A stretch of DNA of 64,000 bases from assembly GCA_023267195.1 (NCBI GenBank), contig JAHFNT010000004.1, positions 64,603 through 128,602 on the forward strand, read 5' to 3'. The notes below the pieces were generated by a model that searched no databases, had not been told where the DNA came from, and was given only the letters and a program-made list of their open reading frames with translations. Positions 60,601 through 64,000 of this stretch are shown here, in pieces. Origin of the DNA: Candidatus Nomurabacteria bacterium (GTDB lineage Bacteria > Patescibacteriota > Minisyncoccia > Phycocordibacterales > UBA9973). The position numbers and the translations under genes were made by a program. The number at the start of each line of letters is the position of its first letter. Within the stretch, counting starts at the first letter, position 1.

Positions 60601-61134
60601 CTATACTGTTTTCTTGCCTTGTTTACGTCTGATAACCTCAGTATCATAGCGCATTCCCTTACCTTTGTAAGGCTCTGGCTTCTTGAGCGCGCGAATGGCT
60701 GCAGTGAAATTACCCACCAACTCTTTATCAATACCCGAAATGGTTATGTTGTTTTTATCGGCCGTGGCAGTAATCCCTTCTGGAATTGGAACAACAACTG
60801 GATGAGAAAATCCAAGAGCAAAGTGAAATTGTTTCCCCTTAACTTCAGACTTGAATCCCACTCCTTCTAATATTAATTTCTTTTGGTAAGGTATTTCCAC
60901 CCCCTTTATCATGTTCTTTATATGTGAAGCATAGGTACCCCAAAGAGATTGAGAAAACTTATCATTTCTTTTTATATTTAAAGTAACGGCGGTAGCGCTG
61001 ACAGTAATAGCAACATCGTCTTTAAAAACCCTACTGAGAGTTCCCTTGGGCCCTGCTACCGTCACATTGTTGCCACCTTGTGTGACCTTTACTCCTGCTG
61101 GTATTAAAATTTCTTGTTTTCCAATTCTTGACAT
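60601..61134 (-). CDS. rplF: 50S ribosomal protein L6
   Basis: MSRIGKQEILIPAGVKVTQGGNNVTVAGPKGTL. Confidence 0.9.
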   Translation of the reverse strand: MSRIGKQEILIPAGVKVTQGGNNVTVAGPKGTLSRVFKDDVAITVSATAVTLNIKRNDKFSQSLWGTYASHIKNMIKGVEIPYQKKLILEGVGFKSEVKGKQFHFALGFSHPVVVPIPEGITATADKNNITISGIDKELVGNFTAAIRALKKPEPYKGKGMRYDTEVIRRKQGKKTV

Positions 61135-61167
61135 ATATTTTAATTATTTATAGTGAGCATAGTCGAA

Positions 61168-61554
61168 CTACCAAACTCTGAACAAAGCTTCCCCACCGAC
61201 TTGTTCTTTGCGAGCTTCTTTACCTGATAAAATTCCTTTGGGCGTTGAAAGCACCAATAAACCGGACCCATTACGAACTGAATGAATATCTTTCATGCCA
61301 AAATATACGCGGCGAGACTGTTTGGAAATTCTTTCTACTTCCGTAATTTTTGGTTTTTTATCTACATAAACTAATTTAACTTCGAGCAAAGGTTGTCCGA
61401 GTTTTATTTTCTTAGAAATATCAGAAACATAACCTGCTTTTTTCAAACACTCAGCAATAGCGTTTTTCATCTTTGAATAAGGAACAGAAACAGACTCCTT
61501 ACCTGCGAGGCTTCCGTTCTTCATCACTATTATCATGTTTGAAATTGAATCCAT
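61168..61554 (-). CDS. rpsH: 30S ribosomal protein S8 (start taken at MDSISNMI; the listed upstream extension would overlap rpsZ)
   Basis: DSISNMIIVMKNG...LLVLSTPKGILSGKEARKEQVGGEALFRVW. Confidence 0.85.
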   Translation of the reverse strand: MDSISNMIIVMKNGSLAGKESVSVPYSKMKNAIAECLKKAGYVSDISKKIKLGQPLLEVKLVYVDKKPKITEVERISKQSRRVYFGMKDIHSVRNGSGLLVLSTPKGILSGKEARKEQVGGEALFRVW

Positions 61555-61570
61555 AATTTTATTTATATTC

Positions 61571-61756
61571 TTACCAGCTTGATTTACGAACACCCGGAAG
61601 CATTCCTTCATTAGCTAATTCTCGAAAACAGATACGGCAAATACCAAAGTCGCGCATGAAGGCATTCCCCCTGCCACAGCGAAAACATCGATTTTTAGCT
61701 CGTGTTGAAAATTTTGGTTTCTTCGCCGCTCGGGCTTTGACTGATGTTTTTGCCAT
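61571..61756 (-). CDS. rpsZ: 30S ribosomal protein S14, type Z (zinc-binding)
   Basis: 61 aa. [25 protein letters not shown]. Confidence 0.9.
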   Translation of the reverse strand: MAKTSVKARAAKKPKFSTRAKNRCFRCGRGNAFMRDFGICRICFRELANEGMLPGVRKSSW

Positions 61757-61908
61757 AAAAATTTAATCGGGAGCGCTCTGTTAATATCTCACTTTTTTTC
61801 TTTAACCCTTTAAACTAAAGAATTAAAGGAGAAAAATGGATTAATCAAAGCTCTATTCCCTTGAAGACATACTAGCAAAAAAATGGAAAATAGTCAAATA
61901 AATTTAAC

Positions 61909-62742
61909 TTATCGAACACAACGAACATCCCAATTAGTAGCCTTATCTCTGCCGTACGTGTCGCCATCATAAAAATCGACATACCATGCCAGACTCTGGC
62001 CACCAGTGTCCTGGTAGGTAGTACTAGACCAGTAGATGTAATTTTGCGCATTAAATAAATTATTAATTGCTGGAGCTAATCTGTCATAATCAACTATGGA
62101 TGTAATCTCTCGAATATTTGGTAGACGCCAGTCTGTATATCCTCCGGTGGTGTCTGCTTCACAATCGGCCAAGGCCTGCGTCCAGTTTTCACGAGTCACG
62201 ACACCTGTGGCGCACGTTGCGCCAGTTAATCCTTGAGTGCATTTCTTCCACATTAAACCAGTAGCATTGTCTGTGATAGTGCCATCACTATTATCAGTAT
62301 AAGCCGGCGCAATGCCTTTCTGGTAATATCCATCTTGCCCACCCAAGGCAGTACCTCCATCTGTACAAGTAATGGTTGCACCAGTTGCGTCCCAACATCC
62401 TGTTTGATTTGTCTTCGGTAAACCCCCTGCAGAAGCACTCCCCGCTTTACCAAAAATAGAAGTACCAGTTAAGATCTTGGTTTCATCTATCGCAGCGATT
62501 TTAGTGGTCATTAGATCATAGATGTCTCCGAGAGAGTTCATGGTAGAGGAAACGGTAGCTGGTGTCGTAAAGTCAGTAGAAGGAGTGTTAGCTCCAGTAT
62601 TGATGAGTTGATAAAGATCAGAAAGAGATTTCATGGTTTTGGAGGGAGAACCAGGTGGAGTGAGGGTGCCGGCGTAGGATATGCCTATACCTACCAGAAC
62701 GGCAATCAATACAAAGGAGAAAATTAAAATTAGTTTTTTCAT
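61909..62742 (-). CDS. Secreted DUF1566 (Lcl C-terminal domain) protein inserted within the ribosomal-protein cluster
   Basis: Signal peptide. GTITDNATGLMWKKC, DWRLPNIREITSIVDY, YWSSTTY, ending VRCVR (DUF1566 hallmarks). Confidence 0.65.
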   Translation of the reverse strand: MKKLILIFSFVLIAVLVGIGISYAGTLTPPGSPSKTMKSLSDLYQLINTGANTPSTDFTTPATVSSTMNSLGDIYDLMTTKIAAIDETKILTGTSIFGKAGSASAGGLPKTNQTGCWDATGATITCTDGGTALGGQDGYYQKGIAPAYTDNSDGTITDNATGLMWKKCTQGLTGATCATGVVTRENWTQALADCEADTTGGYTDWRLPNIREITSIVDYDRLAPAINNLFNAQNYIYWSSTTYQDTGGQSLAWYVDFYDGDTYGRDKATNWDVRCVR

Positions 62743-62755
62743 ACAGTAAAGTATA

Positions 62756-62765
62756 CCCCCCCCCC
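62756..62765 (-). repeat. Homopolymeric G10 (C10 on plus strand) tract, 13 nt upstream of the DUF1566 ATG and directly abutting a TATACT -10-like hexamer
   Basis: Minus strand reads cgGGGGGGGGGGtatactttactgtATG. Confidence 0.8.
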
Positions 62766-62800
62766 GAATCCTGTTAGCAAGAAAATTGGTGGGGATAACG

Positions 62801-62830
62801 TAAAAACACCCACTAGTCGAGGGTGTTTTT
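62801..62830. terminator. Bidirectional hairpin terminator downstream of rplE
   Basis: aaaaacaccc-actagtcga-gggtgttttt. Confidence 0.55.
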
Positions 62831-62849
62831 AATTACATGTTAGCAAATT

Positions 62850-63416
62850 TTATTTTTTCTTCTTTTCTTCTTCTTTCTTAAAGGGAATTCCTAGAAGTTC
62901 GAAGAAAGCAGTGCCTTCTTTTTTATTTTTAGCAGTGGAAACGAGAGTGATAGATAAACCAAAAACATCGCGGATATCTTCATCGGCAGTTTCAGGGAAA
63001 ATGGTATGTTCTTTGATACCGATGGTAAGATTACCGATATTGTCTACCCCGCTTCTGTTTATACCACGAAAGTCTTTCGTTCGAGGAAGCGCGACATTGA
63101 TAAGCTTTTCGAGAAAAGCAAACATTCTTTTACCGCGAAGGGTCGCGACGACACCGACAGGATCTCCTTGGCGAATTTTGAAAGAAGAGATTGATTGCTT
63201 TGCACCTCGGAGGGCTGTCTTTTGACCGGTGATTTTCGCTAGACGATCAGCGACCGCTTCGTTTTTATTCTTATCTTTTTTGACCATCGTGCCAGTGCCG
63301 ACATTAATAACAACCTTTGCCATCTTTGGAGATGCCATGACGTTTTTATAATGAAAAAGTTCTTTCATTTTTCCAAAAACCTCTCCTTCTTTTTCTTTGA
63401 CAGTTAAATGTTTCAT
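62850..63416 (-). CDS. rplE: 50S ribosomal protein L5
   Basis: 188 aa. VINVGTGTMVKKDKNKNEAVADRLAKITGQK. Confidence 0.9.
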   Translation of the reverse strand: MKHLTVKEKEGEVFGKMKELFHYKNVMASPKMAKVVINVGTGTMVKKDKNKNEAVADRLAKITGQKTALRGAKQSISSFKIRQGDPVGVVATLRGKRMFAFLEKLINVALPRTKDFRGINRSGVDNIGNLTIGIKEHTIFPETADEDIRDVFGLSITLVSTAKNKKEGTAFFELLGIPFKKEEEKKKK

Positions 63417-63420
63417 ATAT

Positions 63421-63639
63421 TTATTCGGCTTTCTTAACGTTTGAAGCGTGGATCGGCATCGCGATATTCATCATCGAACCCTTTTCTCCAGACTTTCTTG
63501 GACGCTGATGTTTCTTCATCATATTTAAACCTTCGACAATAACTTTATTTTCTTTGACAAGCACACGAACAACTTTGCCTTTTTTGCCTTTGTCTTTGCC
63601 TGTTATCAATATTACATTGTCGTTCTTTTTGATTTTCAT
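63421..63639 (-). CDS. rplX: 50S ribosomal protein L24
   Basis: MKIKKNDNVILITGKDKGKKGKVVRV (KOW motif). Confidence 0.9.
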   Translation of the reverse strand: MKIKKNDNVILITGKDKGKKGKVVRVLVKENKVIVEGLNMMKKHQRPRKSGEKGSMMNIAMPIHASNVKKAE

Positions 63640-63655
63640 ATATTTACAAAAAAAA

Positions 63656-64000
63656 TTAAATGACTTCTTGTGCTAAAGAAATTATCTTCTGGAATCCTTT
63701 TTCTGCGAGCTCTCTCGGTATCGGTCCGAAAATACGTCCCGCTTTAGGATCTAATTTTCCTTTTTCCAAAATAACCACTGCGTTATCATCAAAACGAATA
63801 TAAGAGCCGTCTTTTCGACGATAAGCGCCACGAGTTCGGACGACGACAGCTTGGTGCACATCTTTCTTTTTGACTGCTTTACGAGGAGTAGCGACTTTGA
63901 CAGAGATCACTACGATTTCACCCAAGGTGGCATACCTCTTTTTGGAAGAGCCTAAAATCTTGAACACCTTTCCTACGGTGCCTCCGGCGTTGTCTGTTAT
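63656..64000 (-). CDS. rplN: 50S ribosomal protein L14 (N-terminus beyond window end)
   Basis: ...GSSKKRYATLGEIVVISVKVATP...AVVVRT...IRFDDNAVVIL. The ORF is open to the window edge. Confidence 0.85.
   Translation of the reverse strand: MTDNAGGTVGKVFKILGSSKKRYATLGEIVVISVKVATPRKAVKKKDVHQAVVVRTRGAYRRKDGSYIRFDDNAVVILEKGKLDPKAGRIFGPIPRELAEKGFQKIISLAQEVI

Overview
The window appears to come from a low-GC bacterium with a reduced genome, probably monoderm and CPR/Patescibacteria-like (inference). It uses the standard genetic code: ligA and smpB both end in TGA. Contents, in order along the window:

- 1-4777: a giant secreted Gly/Thr/Asn-rich repeat protein gene on the minus strand, running off the window start and split by a frameshift.
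- 4836-5547: a zinc-ribbon PAS sensor and tRNA-Ser(GGA).
- 5595-19261: ligA, then a complete type IV pilus/competence-type locus (pilM-N-O-P-like, pilB, a receiver-domain regulator, pilT, pilC, two pilins, pilD, four minor pilins).
- 19270-22898: comFC, an ATP-grasp enzyme, a NUDIX hydrolase and a secreted hypothetical.
- 23068-35950: a roughly 12.9 kb integrated mobile element at tRNA-Ser(GCU). A 57-bp direct repeat of the tRNA 5' half marks the left end. It carries a tyrosine recombinase, a RepA-like AAA_25 ATPase, a zinc-finger protein, small membrane and secreted proteins, and a defense cargo. The cargo is two adjacent amino-methyltransferases with SPPY motif IV, a 566-aa putative PD-(D/E)xK restriction nuclease, and an OLD-family ABC-ATPase/Toprim nuclease on the opposite strand.
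- 35989-43982: housekeeping genes: recG, a PduO-type cobalamin adenosyltransferase next to a class II (B12-dependent) ribonucleotide reductase, and DoxX.
- 43987-48079: tRNA-Ile(UAU), ftsH, smpB with an adjacent tmRNA, and infC-rpmI-rplT.
- 48120-58020: a LOG-like protein, a beta-CASP MBL RNase, a P-loop kinase, a CYTH protein, ndk, a 922-aa TraD/VirD4/HerA-like ATPase, map, pyrH, adk and cmk.
- 58017-64000: the secY end of the spc ribosomal-protein cluster (L15, S5, L18, L6, S8, S14, L5, L24, L14). It contains no L30, and a DUF1566 secreted-protein gene with a G10 homopolymer upstream sits between rpsZ and rplE.
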